A DNA stretch of 63,330 nt, counting the filler, from Octopus bimaculoides (taxonomy: Eukaryota): the NCBI RefSeq assembly GCF_001194135.2. It is 5 parts of 5 records of this genome, joined end to end, with 100 filler letters (N's around TTAATTAATTAA, not from the genome) between each part and the next. Parts side by side here need not be neighbours in the genome. Positions count along the whole stretch, not along the records: positions 30,240 to 51,819 come from NC_068989.1; positions 51,920 to 59,084 come from NC_069005.1; positions 59,185 to 62,040 come from NW_026426402.1; positions 62,141 to 63,330 come from NW_026363406.1; 1 more part is not named here. The stretch is one strand, 5' to 3'. The notes under the pieces are model-generated. The model was not told the DNA's origin and searched no databases. It saw nothing but the letters and a program-made list of their open reading frames with translations. Shown one piece after another: positions 51,470-62,623 of the stretch. Position numbers and translations under genes: made by a program. Position 1 is the stretch's first letter. Every line of letters begins with the position of its first letter.

Positions 51470-51760
51470 TAAACAGAACAACGGAGTGTACTACGTAGTT
51501 TGTAGCAAATGTACCAGGCCTGACATTGGTAGCAGCATTCAAGAACTGCTCATCTGCATTAAAGAGCAAACTTGTACAAAAGCCTTTTCCATTAAAAAAA
51601 ATAATCTAGAGAGATATCATAACAAGGATATCATGGTTCCTATCTGGAATGCAATTAGGAGATGAAACGAGTTCTTGTAAAGAGTTAAGAATAGCAAAGC
51701 TATTGAGGAATTGTGATCAGTGAAGCTGCTGAAGACAATGACTTCAAAGAAGATAAAGGG
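51470..51760 (+). mobile_element. Possible Penelope-like GIY-YIG endonuclease remnant
   Basis: Plus frame KQNNGVYYVVCSKCTRPDIG followed by SSIQELLICIKEQ resembles VY...C..C...YIG.T...L..R..EH. Heavily degenerate. Confidence 0.4.
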
Positions 51761-51766
51761 GATGTA

Positions 51767-51819
<53 letters not shown>

Positions 51820-51919
51820 NNNNNNNNNNNNNNNNNNNNNNNNNNNNNNNNNNNNNNNNNNNNTTAATTAATTAANNNNNNNNNNNNNNNNNNNNNNNNN
51901 NNNNNNNNNNNNNNNNNNN
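51820..51919. other. Artificial scaffold linker: 44 N + TTAATTAATTAA + 44 N
   Basis: Identical 100-nt construct. Confidence 0.95.
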
Positions 51920-52001
51920 TATATATATACATATATATATATATGCATGTATGTATGTATGTATGTATGTGTGTATATGTGTGAGTGTGTGTGTGTCTAC
52001 G

Positions 52002-52062
<61 letters not shown>

Positions 52063-52155
52063 TCACACACACATATATCTATACATATATATATATGTAT
52101 ATATATGTATATATATATATGTGTGTATGTGAGTGTGTGCATGTATATTTATACA
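51920..52155. repeat. Compound (TA)n/(CT)n/(GT)n microsatellite
   Basis: Directly visible. Confidence 0.9.
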
Positions 52156-52319
52156 TATTGTTATGTCTCAACGCTACTGCTATCTAGCACCTTCGGATGA
52201 TCTCTACTCAACCGCTGCACAACGGCTACTCGACTGGCACTCAACACCCTACCACGGCTAGACTACCTCTACTTATATGTCTGGGGAGATCCTACTTCCT
52301 CGCCTGGGGGCATCGACAC

Positions 52320-52381
<62 letters not shown>

Positions 52382-53221
52382 CACACACATACAAGAAAAA
52401 ACGAGAAGAAAACATGCAAAAAGTGAAAGGATGAATAGAAACGAAAACAGAAGAGGTTAGACAAATTCCCTTTGACCATAATCAAGCTAGCTGTTGTAGA
52501 ATAAGCCAAGGGAGAGGGTTTCAAGTTCTGTGAACCAGCTGGTCAATCCGGATCCCTCTCCGTGGAACTATTCAACAACAAGTTTCATTGTGGCTTTACG
52601 ATTAGATGGGACATAAATAATTTTCTTTTTTATTTCCCATTTCTATCCACCCTTATACTTTTTTGCATCTATCTTCTCACTTTTTCTTGTGATTTCTCTT
52701 GTACCACCATCCTGATTTGCAAATTGAATTGACCATGTGCTCAGAACCCGCAGATTGCTTGGAGACACAGCGTGTTATAAAGACCTGCCTAGACTCGCGT
52801 CTCCAAAGCAAGAAATTATTTATAGCGCTTTTCTTAATACTGTGTATATTAAATGATATTCACCTCTCACTGGATGGAGTACTCTTTCTGTTGATTTTAA
52901 CGGAACAGTAAACTATACACACACACAAATGCACATACATACATACAGATATATATATATATATATATACATACAGATATATATATATGTATATATATAT
53001 ATTCTTACCATAAAACCTGGAACCCAAGTTAGATGGAATTTACATCCGAATGTTAAGAGCAATATTAAGTATATGTTGGTGAACTCATCCCAGAAACAGT
53101 TGTATGTAAATCTCCTGCCTGTTATAAGGAAAAGCGCTTGCACTTTGCTAGCGAGCTAAACAAGAACTGACAAGTAACCTATGGATGCTGAAGCACCGCC
53201 GTAATAGAGTAGAACGTCTGA

Positions 53222-53255
<34 letters not shown>

Positions 53256-55009
53256 TTTTTATATATATATTCATATACATACATGCACCTATCCATACAT
53301 AGCCACACCATAGTCGACTTTGTCTATATTTTTTTTTCATGTATATATATATATGCGTATGTGTGTGTGCACGCGCGCGTGTATTTTTTAAATTTGTTTC
53401 AGTCATTTGACTCCGACCATGCTGGAGCACCGCCTTTAGTCGAACAGATTGACCCAAGACTTATTTTCATGTATATATATATATATAAATAGTAAATGAG
53501 TATATGCATATATACGTACAGGTATGTGCATACCGACATCCACCTGTATGTATAGGTGCATATCTGGGTACAGGACATTGCAAACAAAACGTAGACGAGA
53601 AAACACACAAGCCACATAGAGAACATTCTTCTTCATCAGCTACTCCCGTTTTAACACCGGCGTTTCGAAGAGCTGGGCAGGACGCATCGTTAAAACGGCT
53701 CTTCCCATGGACCGCAAATTAAATTTGTATGCACAAATTAAACCTTGCCATGGAGGAATGTAGTGGCGGACAAATAACAAGACAGGAAAACAAACAGAAA
53801 AGGCTTTACGGCCAGACGAGAAAAATTATGTGTGTANNNNNNNNNNNNNNNNNNNNNNNNNNNNNNNNNNNNNNNNNNNNNNNNNNNNNNNNNNNNNNNN
53901 NNNNNNNNNNNNNNNNNNNNNNNNNNNNNNNNNNNNNNNNNNNNNNNNNNNNNNNNNNNNNNNNNNNNNNNNNNNNNNNNNNNNNNNNNNNNNNNNNNNN
54001 NNNNNNNNNNNNNNNNNNNNNNNNNNNNNNNNNNNNNNNNNNNNNNNNNNNNNGTAAGGGGAAGAGAGAGAGAGTGGTAGAGGAAGAAACAAAGGGAGGA
54101 AGTAGAAGAATAGGTGAGCAACGAGAGGAAAAGAGAAAGAGAGGAAGTACGAGGGGGAAAAAAGAGATACGTAGTAGTAACAGAGGAAGAACGAGAGGGG
54201 TAAAGCGAGATACGTAGTAGTAAAGAGGAAGAACGAGAGGGGGAAAAATGATAGAGGAAGAGAAAGAGAAAGAGATAGAGTAGCGTCGGAAAATATGAAG
54301 TTACGAAAACTACTTACAAATTGGAGACGCTGCGTTCAGTTATCATGTATTGTATCTCCTCCTCCAACCACTCAAAAACACTTCCAATCCCTGGTCTTTT
54401 GCATATAGCTCAATAAAAACACTCAGTAGGTAATTTCCATTAGAAACACACAGTACATGTGAGCCATTTTAGAAATTTATTTTCCCTGATGAAGGAGGTG
54501 GTGTCCAATAATGGATGTAAATAACTTTTTTTATGACTGGACAACCGGGCCCTCACAAATGGCCGTAGGGTTATTAACCCAAACTTTTTATCTTATAGAA
54601 TCTTAACTCTTTTTAGGACTTCGTTTTATAATCTGCAAGTCGACCTATATATGTATTTATTTTTTCAATATATTTTTAATGCATATATCTATATATTTAT
54701 ATATTTTTATATGTATATTTTTAATGTATTGATTACTCTATATATTTTTATATATCTATATATTTTTAATATGTTTGATGTATTAGATACACTTTTGGAG
54801 AAATTCATGCATGTTGGGTCTAGGGCTGAATAAATATAAAAGCATATGTGAGCTGGATTTGCTTAAATTTCATTCTTACTTCTACATTATCTTTACGCCT
54901 CATGTTTGATTAACTGGAACTCTTCAAAGAGAAGTTTGTGCATGGGAGAAAATCATTTTCTTTATAATCATATGTATATATATATATATATATATATACA
55001 TATATATCC

Positions 55010-55150
55010 ACCTCTGTAGCATAGGCACAAGGCCTAAGATATGGGGAAACCCTTGTACTTCAATGATATCTATTTTGTTATTGTATCGACCCCGTAGAAT
55101 GAAAGACAAAGTCAACCGCGGTGGAATTTGAACTCAAAGCAAAAAGACAG
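55010..55150 (-). mobile_element. SINE family A, partial
   Basis: ataggcacaaggcc...gaatgaaagacaaagtcaaccgcggtggaatttgaactc. Confidence 0.75.
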
Positions 55151-55715
55151 AAAAAATATTTTACAAGCTTAAACCTTAAAAAAGCGATCACCGAACATTT
55201 GCTTAGACAAATAGTCTAATATTAAGGCATATAAACACTCGGCAGAAAAAGTAGGAGTTTTCCGTGCGCATGAAACTCGAACTCACACTTCTATGTATTC
55301 GCGACAAATGTACTATCATTACATAATTATTATTATTTACAGATTGTAAAATTCGGCACCGCTTACCAAATAATCGCAGAAAACTCACATGGAAGGTTTG
55401 TTTACTAAAAACACTATGAAATCATAGTTCTTAAAACTGATGGAAAAAAGCTAGAGTGTACATTAGTTTAGTGTTGGATTTACGTTAGTGTTGGATTTAC
55501 GTTAGTGCAATAGTAGCGCACCTGTCGCGAATACATAGTGGTGTGGGTTCGAGTCCATTGCGTACGGCAAACCCTACCTTTTTTCCGTCGAGTGCTTATA
55601 TGTCCCTATATTAGACTATTTACCTTAGTCAATGCACGGTGATCGCTCTTAAGCTTGTAAGATACTATTTACAGAATGTAAAATTCAGCACCGCTTACCA
55701 AATAATCGCATATAT

Positions 55716-55980
55716 ATATATATATATGGTGGCTGCCCACTTGTTATGCAGAGCTTGACCACCTCTTGTACTTACGTCTTAGATATATCATGGCATCTGA
55801 TGTAGCTTTTAAAACCAGACAATATTATGAAACGACACTCACATAAATTGCATGTCTGCTTTGGACCACCAAGAGCTGCAGTTAAGTTTTGATCTTTGTG
55901 GATCTTAAAATTCCTTTTGAGGCCCCCGTTAGATTTGCAGACCTTATGCCATACACGGCATTGACAAGTATGTACAGATA
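55716..55980 (-). mobile_element. 3'-terminal fragment of a related RTE LINE carrying two degenerate C2H2 fingers
   Basis: Minus frame CQCRVWHKVCKSNGGLKRNFKIHKD...TCNLCECRFIILSGFKSYIRCH. The 3' end gtggtcaagctctgcataacaagtgggcagccacc(AT)n resembles the 3' end of the 57284-58695 element. Confidence 0.6.
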
Positions 55981-56229
55981 GACAGACAGAGTAGTATATA
56001 TATATCTATCATACATACACAGTTATTCAACAAGAATTCTACTCGCAAGATATTGATCAGTCGATGGTTATAATAAAGGAACTTGCCCAATCTGTCATGC
56101 AGTGGGGCTGAGCTCGGATCCACGGGATTATAAAGCGAACAGAATCACACGACTCTACTACCTGTCACCGATTACTCACAAAACAAGTACATTCTTTTAT
56201 TCACCTCAATAAGTATTCTTTAATATTTG

Positions 56230-56915
56230 CACGTTTTACTCCCAGGATGACTTCTCCTTTCATCTTTCCTGGATCGATAAAATGAAGTACCACTCAAGTA
56301 CTGGGATCGATAAATACCTCATTTTACTAAATTTCAGGCCTTGTCCCTATATTAGCGATCGATATTTGTGCTTAATTGCAAGTGTCAAAATGGCGACTTT
56401 TCATTAAAGTATACTTCCTCGTTCCTACTACTACCACTACTACAACCACTTGCAACACTAGCAACACAGCAACTACCACAACATCCCGAACTCCACCACT
56501 ATCCTCATCCTTATCTTCACTACCACCGTTACCATTCCCACCACAAAAAACAATAATAATGGTTTCTAGTTTAAGCACAATTGTGACAAGAAATTAGCCT
56601 ATCATACTTAATTCATCAACTCCAGAAAGGATGAAAAGCAAAGATGACCTCGGCGAGATTTGAACTCAAAGTGTAAAGCTGCAAGAAATACCGAAATACC
56701 GTTAAGCGTTTTGTTCGACGCGCTGACAATTATGCCAGCTCACCGCCTTACCTACTATAATAATGATTGCGGTTTCATATTTTAGCATAAGGCCAGCAAG
56801 TTTAGGGGAAAATTTCTTGTCGACTTACATCGAGCCCCCTCCCAAGTTTTCAAGTGGTACTTAAAGACGGACTAAATGCCGCTAAGCATTTTGTCCAGCG
56901 TGCTAACAATTCTAA
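56230..56915. mobile_element. SINE family A fragments: plus (about 56230-56350), minus (about 56590-56750) and minus (about 56765-56915)
   Basis: Family core and head motifs such as gacctcggcgagatttgaactc and gctaagcattttgtccagcgtgctaacaattc. Confidence 0.7.
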
Positions 56916-56947
56916 TTCCCTACTAAATTGTGTTTGTATATTTGGAA

Positions 56948-57200
56948 ACGCGTGGCCTAGTAATTAGAGTGTTGCACTAGCGATCATCGTTTCGATTCCC
57001 TGGCCGTGCAGCCCGTTGTGTTTTTGTGCAAAGCACATCATTTCATGTTGCTACAGTCCACCCAGCTGTAAATGGGTAACCTTGCGACGGACTAGCTCTT
57101 CGTATCCGGGCAATGTTGTCCTGCTCACCTAGGCAGTGTGGTAGCATGATTCAAAATTTTAAACGATGCAAAGTGCAATGTGACCATCGACGTATAACAA
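56948..57200 (+). mobile_element. SINE family D-like copy
   Basis: gcgtggcctagtaattagagtg...tttcgattccc...gtgcaaagcacatc...gtccacccagctgtaaatgggta. Confidence 0.65.
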
Positions 57201-57211
57201 CATGATGTATG

Positions 57212-57245
<34 letters not shown>

Positions 57246-57283
57246 TGTATGTATGAGTATGTGTGTGACCGTATAGATCTGTA

Positions 57284-58695
57284 GGGTTAATGTTAGAGGT
57301 AAAATGTCGGAACCTATTTCAATACAAAATGGAGTGAAACGGGGATATTCTGGCACCGACCCTATTTGCCATATATTTTGCGACGGCTTTCTGTATTGCG
57401 TTCAGAAACTGTAAGTATGGTGTTTACATCCATTATCGAACCTCTGGCAGCAAATTTAATATCGGGCGCTTTGCTACAAAAACAAAGGTATCTACCTCTA
57501 TCATAACAGAACTTTTGTATACAGATAATTGTGATCTAGTAGGGCACACAGAGATTGATATGCAACACATTTTGAATGCATTCTCTGATGCTTGCACCTC
57601 CTTAGGATTGACAGTCAGTCTCAAAGAAACTGTTCTCATGTACCAACCTGCCCCGGGTAAGCGGTATAGTGAACCAAATATCTATGAGTATGGTAAACGA
57701 CTTGGTGTAGTTGATCAGTTTGTCTACCTGGGAAGCACTGTTAATAGGTATAGCAATTTGGATAATGAAATTCCGTACAGAATTAGGAAAGCAAGTGATG
57801 TTTTCGGAAGGCTAGAAAGGCGTCTCTGGAGTCGGTGAGACATATGCAGGAAGACAAAGATAAAGGTGTACAATGCGTGTGTGCACTCTTCTCTGCAAGA
57901 CGTGGGTCACATATCGATACCACCTTAAGCAACTGGAACGTTTCCATCAGATGTATCTCAGACGGATCTATGGCATTAAGTGGGAGGACCGCATCAGTGA
58001 TCTTGAGATATTGAAAAACTCTCGGTGTCATGGTATATAAGCTCTTGCGTTGAAGCAAAGGTTCAGATGGAGTGATCATCTGGTCAGGATGAAAGATTCA
58101 AGTATGCCAAAACAACTCTTTTATGGAGTGTTAGCTAAAGGAGAACGACCTCCACATAAACCAAAAAAGAGGTATAATGACTTGCTGCAGGCTTCCTTAA
58201 GAGATGCTAGCATCTTTTCTGACACATGGGAGGGCATAGCTATTGAACGTAGCAGGTGGAGAAGGGGACAACTACTTTTGAGAAATCTCGAGTTGAGCAT
58301 GAGAAAGTAAGGAGGGATGTCAGGATGATAAGGGTATTCCTATGATACTAACATGCAGTGTCTGTGCAAGACCCTGCCTCAGTAAAGCTGGACTCAAGAA
58401 TCATCTTCGTAGTAATATAGCGAGACCGATGATTGACAATCAGGCCACTGGTGGTGGTGTTACACACCATACTAATCATTTCTGTCAGGCATGTGAAAGG
58501 AGTGTAATTCGGCGGGAGGACTTAAACTACATGCAAAGGTACATGAAGCCCAGTTACAACTACAACCGGCTATTGCCAATTCTGTACAAGGCATTGTAGA
58601 TTTTTAGCTGGGCTAAAAAGTCACGTTCGATCACAGAACCGTTAACAGTTAAGCCTCGTGTAACGGCCATACTCGATAACGAGGGGAAAGCCATC
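57284..58695 (+). mobile_element. 5'-truncated RTE-clade (BovB-like) LINE: second half of RT, C-terminal region and two C2H2 fingers; inactivated
   Basis: Frameshifted and stop-broken translation: NGVKRG/DILAPTLF, LYTDNCDLVGH (YADD-equivalent region), LGLTVSLKET, QFVYLGS, RWSDHLVRM...PKQLFYG, RPPHKPKKRY, then CSVCARPCLSKAGLKNHLRS and CQACE/CNSAGGLKLHAKVH. Flanked by a 43-bp direct repeat (57241-57283 and 58696-58738, 2 mismatches). Confidence 0.9.
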
Positions 58696-58986
58696 ATGTA
58701 TGTATGTATGAGTATGTGTGTGAGCGTATATATCTGTATATACATGTTTGTATAGACGGTATATGTGTGTGTGTACGTGAGTGTGTGTGTGCGTGTGTGT
58801 GCGCGCGTGTGTATGTGTGTACGTGTGTGTATAATTTTGAGATTGTTTCTGAGTGGAGAGAGAGAGGGAGAGAGTGGGGAGGAATGACTTTTGGTGGAAC
58901 AAACAGGAAAAATAGACGTGCATACATGAGTTTATATAACTTTTCTTTTAATCGGTAGAAAGTAACTTTCTGCCGATTGAAAATTA

Positions 58987-59020
<34 letters not shown>

Positions 59021-59084
59021 TGTGTGTGTGTGTGTTTGAAAGCGCGTAGCCTAGTGATTGGAAATGATAATAATGATCATATAT

Positions 59085-59184
59085 NNNNNNNNNNNNNNNN
59101 NNNNNNNNNNNNNNNNNNNNNNNNNNNNTTAATTAATTAANNNNNNNNNNNNNNNNNNNNNNNNNNNNNNNNNNNNNNNNNNNN
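59085..59184. other. Artificial scaffold linker: 44 N + TTAATTAATTAA + 44 N
   Basis: Identical 100-nt construct. Confidence 0.95.
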
Positions 59185-59559
59185 ATATGTAAATATGTAT
59201 ATCTATATATTTATATATGCATACGTACTTACATATGTATACATATTTATACATACATACACACATATATATGTATACTTACATCTACGCGCATATGAAT
59301 ACACACAGATCTGTGCACGCGAGAGAGTGTGTGTGTGTATACGTATTAGTGCGTGTGTGTGTGTATGTGTGTGTATGAGTGCGCGCGCGTTTGTCTTTTT
59401 TATTTCAAGTCAAGTTATACATATGAAAAAGATAAACATCAAATTGACTGCTTACTGAATAAATTTCAGAATACATTTAAATATACTTTTACAGCGAAAA
59501 CGTTCGTAGTAACTTCGAAGGTACTGGAGCAAAGTTTACCTTTCACACACAACATCCCA

Positions 59560-59786
59560 CCACACACACATCGGTTGACAAACGACGGTGGGGGAAGCAA
59601 GCACAGACACAAAGAGACACACACACACATACATATATACATAAATATACATATACGACTGGCTTCTATGAGTTTCCGTCTACCAAATCCACTCACAAGG
59701 GCTTTGGTCAGCCCGAGGCTATAGCAGAAAACATTTGTCCAGGATGTTACGCAGTGGGACTGAACCCATAACAATATGACTGCACG

Positions 59787-59790
<4 letters not shown>
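59560..59790 (-). mobile_element. SINE family B
   Basis: ggttgacaaacgacggtgggg...ttccgtctaccaaatccactcacaagg...gcagtgggactgaaccc. Confidence 0.8.
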
Positions 59791-59823
<33 letters not shown>

Positions 59824-60689
59824 NNNNNNNNNNNNNNNNNNNNNNNNNNNNNNNNNNNNNNNNNNNNNNNNNNNNNNNNNNNNNNNNNNNNNNNNNNNNN
59901 NNNNNNNNNNNNNNNNNNNNNNNNNNNNNNNNNNNNNNNNNNNNNNNNNNNNNNNNNNNNNNNNNNNNNNNNNNNNNNNNNNNNNNNNNNNNNNNNNNNN
60001 NNNNNNNNNNNNNNNNNNNNNNNNNNNNNNNNNNNNNNNNNNNNNNNNNNNNNNNNNNNNNNNNNNNNNNNNNNNNNNNNNNNNNNNNNNNNNNNNNNNN
60101 NNNNNNNNNNNNNNNNNNNNNNNNNNNNNNNNNNNNNNNNNNNNNNNNNNNNNNNNNNNNNNNNNNNNNNNNNNNNNNNNNNNNNNNNNNNNNNNNNNNN
60201 NNNNNNNNNNNNNNNNNNNNNNNNNNNNNNNNNNNNNNNNNNNNNNNNNNNNNNNNNNNNNNNNNNNNNNNNNNNNNNNNNNNNNNNNNNNNNNNNNNNN
60301 NNNNNNNNNNNNNNNNNNNNNNNNNNNNNNNNNNNNNNNNNNNNNNNNNNNNNNNNNNNNNNNNNNNNNNNNNNNNNNNNNNNNNNNNNNNNNNNNNNNN
60401 NNNNNNNNNNNNNNNNNNNNNNNNNNNNNNNNNNNNNNNNNNNNNNNNNNNNNNNNNNNNNNNNNNNNNNNNNNNNNNNNNNNNNNNNNNNNNNNNNNNN
60501 NNNNNNNNNNNNNNNNNNNNNNNNNNNNNNNNNNNNNNNNNNNNNNNNNNNNNNNNNNNNNNNNNNNNNNNNNNNNNNNNNNNNNNNNNNNNNNNNNNNN
60601 NNNTAATTGTTACTTTTCAAGAAAGAGAAGAAAGAAAAAGGAAAAGGTTGGTTTTCTTCAAGGGCTGCGTTGATGAAGAAGGAGAAAGG

Positions 60690-61000
60690 GAAGGGGTCAG
60701 AAGAGGAAGGAGAAGAAGAAGAAGAAGAAGAAGAAGAAGAAGAAGAAGAAGAAGAACAAGAACAAGAACAAGAATAGAGAGATGATAATGATGATGATGA
60801 TGATGATGAGGACGATGGTGGTGGTGGTTATGATGATAGAGCTGGTGGTGATGAAGACGATAGTAGTGAGAGTGAAGGTGGTGATGACAGTAATGAGGAT
60901 AATGGAGGTGGTGATGGGGATGGTGGTGGTGGTGGTAGTGACGATAGTGGTCCTAGTCGTGGTGGTGATGGTGGTGGTGGCGGTAACTATCGTGGTAGAG
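60690..61000. repeat. (GAA)n followed by a compound (GAT/GGT)n array
   Basis: Directly visible. Confidence 0.9.
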
Positions 61001-61192
61001 GATATATGTATTTATGAGTTTAAAACTAACATTGGTTTCATGTTAAAGGAGGGAAGTCTCGTAATAATTTTCAAGCCTTCTGTATGGAAGGAACGTCGGT
61101 GCTCGTCTCCACCGTGTGGCAGGATTGATAATTGCTAAGAGATTTCTTTCATGACATGAAACCACTGGTGGCCTTAACGCATAAGTTCGATT

Positions 61193-61194
<2 letters not shown>

Positions 61195-61288
<94 letters not shown>
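61195..61288. repeat. (GT)n microsatellite
   Basis: Directly visible. Confidence 0.95.
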
Positions 61289-61689
61289 TATATATATTTC
61301 CTTTATCGAATTGGAGGGCACCACCTACTCCGGATTGGCTTGCTGCCTCGCAGACTTTGACATATCATCTGTTATTTTGTTCTAAACCAGCTATATTTAA
61401 TGAGCTTTCTGTTATCACGGAGGTAAAAACTGTAATTCTTGATTTCGTTTCTTCTCTTCTCATTCCATTTTTTGCACCAAACGTAATCCTGATTTTTCTT
61501 GATTTTTCTTATTTTCCTTCTGTCCAGCGTCCTTGTTTTTTTTAAATTATATATAATGAATAAACAGAGCCTGAAAGATTGCTTAAAGATACACGGCGTA
61601 TTTTAGAAATATGCCTGTTCAATTTTCATAACAGCATGAAACTATTAGTAGCTCTTTCGGTTGTCTATTTCATTTGACACATATATATT

Positions 61690-62030
61690 CTTTTATTATT
61701 TTACATGCTTCACTCATTTCACTGCGGCTATACTGGAACATCGCCTTTAATCGAGCAAATCTACCCCAGGACTTATTTTTCGTGAGCCTAGTATTTATAT
61801 CGGTCTCTTTGGCCGAACCGCTACGGTACAGAGGCGTAAACACAGCAACACCGTTTGTCAACACCGGTGCGGGAGATAAACAATGACACACAGACAAATA
61901 CACACACACGCGCGCGCTTTGGTCGGCCCGAAGCTATAGTAGAAGACACGTGCGCAAGGTGCCACGCAATGGGACAGAACCCGGAACCATGCGGTTAGGA
62001 ACCAAACTTCTTACCACACAGCCACTCCTA
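61690..62030 (-). mobile_element. SINE family B, near full length with an internal deletion
   Basis: Tail (ctggaacatcgcctt...cggtctctttggccgaaccgcta) and head (gtagaagacacgtgcgcaaggtgccacgc...accacacagccactcc) on the minus strand. Confidence 0.85.
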
Positions 62031-62040
62031 TGTACGTATA

Positions 62041-62140
62041 NNNNNNNNNNNNNNNNNNNNNNNNNNNNNNNNNNNNNNNNNNNNTTAATTAATTAANNNN
62101 NNNNNNNNNNNNNNNNNNNNNNNNNNNNNNNNNNNNNNNN
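62041..62140. other. Artificial scaffold linker: 44 N + TTAATTAATTAA + 44 N
   Basis: Identical 100-nt construct. Confidence 0.95.
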
Positions 62141-62193
<53 letters not shown>

Positions 62194-62617
62194 AACATGC
62201 ATATTTAAACACACACATATATACATATACACACACACATTTTATTAAAACTGCAAAATTATCCCAAAACTGTTAAACATTTTTTTTTACTTGTTTCAGT
62301 GATTTGAATGCGGCCCTGCTGGAGCACCTCTTTATGTATATACATTCAAAAGTGAGTTCATATTTATTTTTATAGCCTTATTTCTATACATTCCTAAATA
62401 TTTGTGTATATATATATATATACACACATGTACATATACTGTATATAAATATACACATACACAAGGAGAGTGTGTTGAGGAATGTTACAACACTGATTAT
62501 TAGTGTGTAGAATGCAATGTATGCAATGCAGGTTCCATTCCTGGGTGAAGTCACTTACAATTATAATAATAATAAGAAGAAGAAAGAAGAAGATGAAGTT
62601 TAATATTTTTGGAAATA

Positions 62618-62623
62618 TTTATT
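62618..62623 (-). promoter_or_regulatory. Possible polyadenylation signal AATAAA overlapping the stop codon of the terminal ORF
   Basis: Minus strand reads GAC AAA TAA ATA. The hexamer is common in AT-rich DNA, so this is weak alone. Confidence 0.3.
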
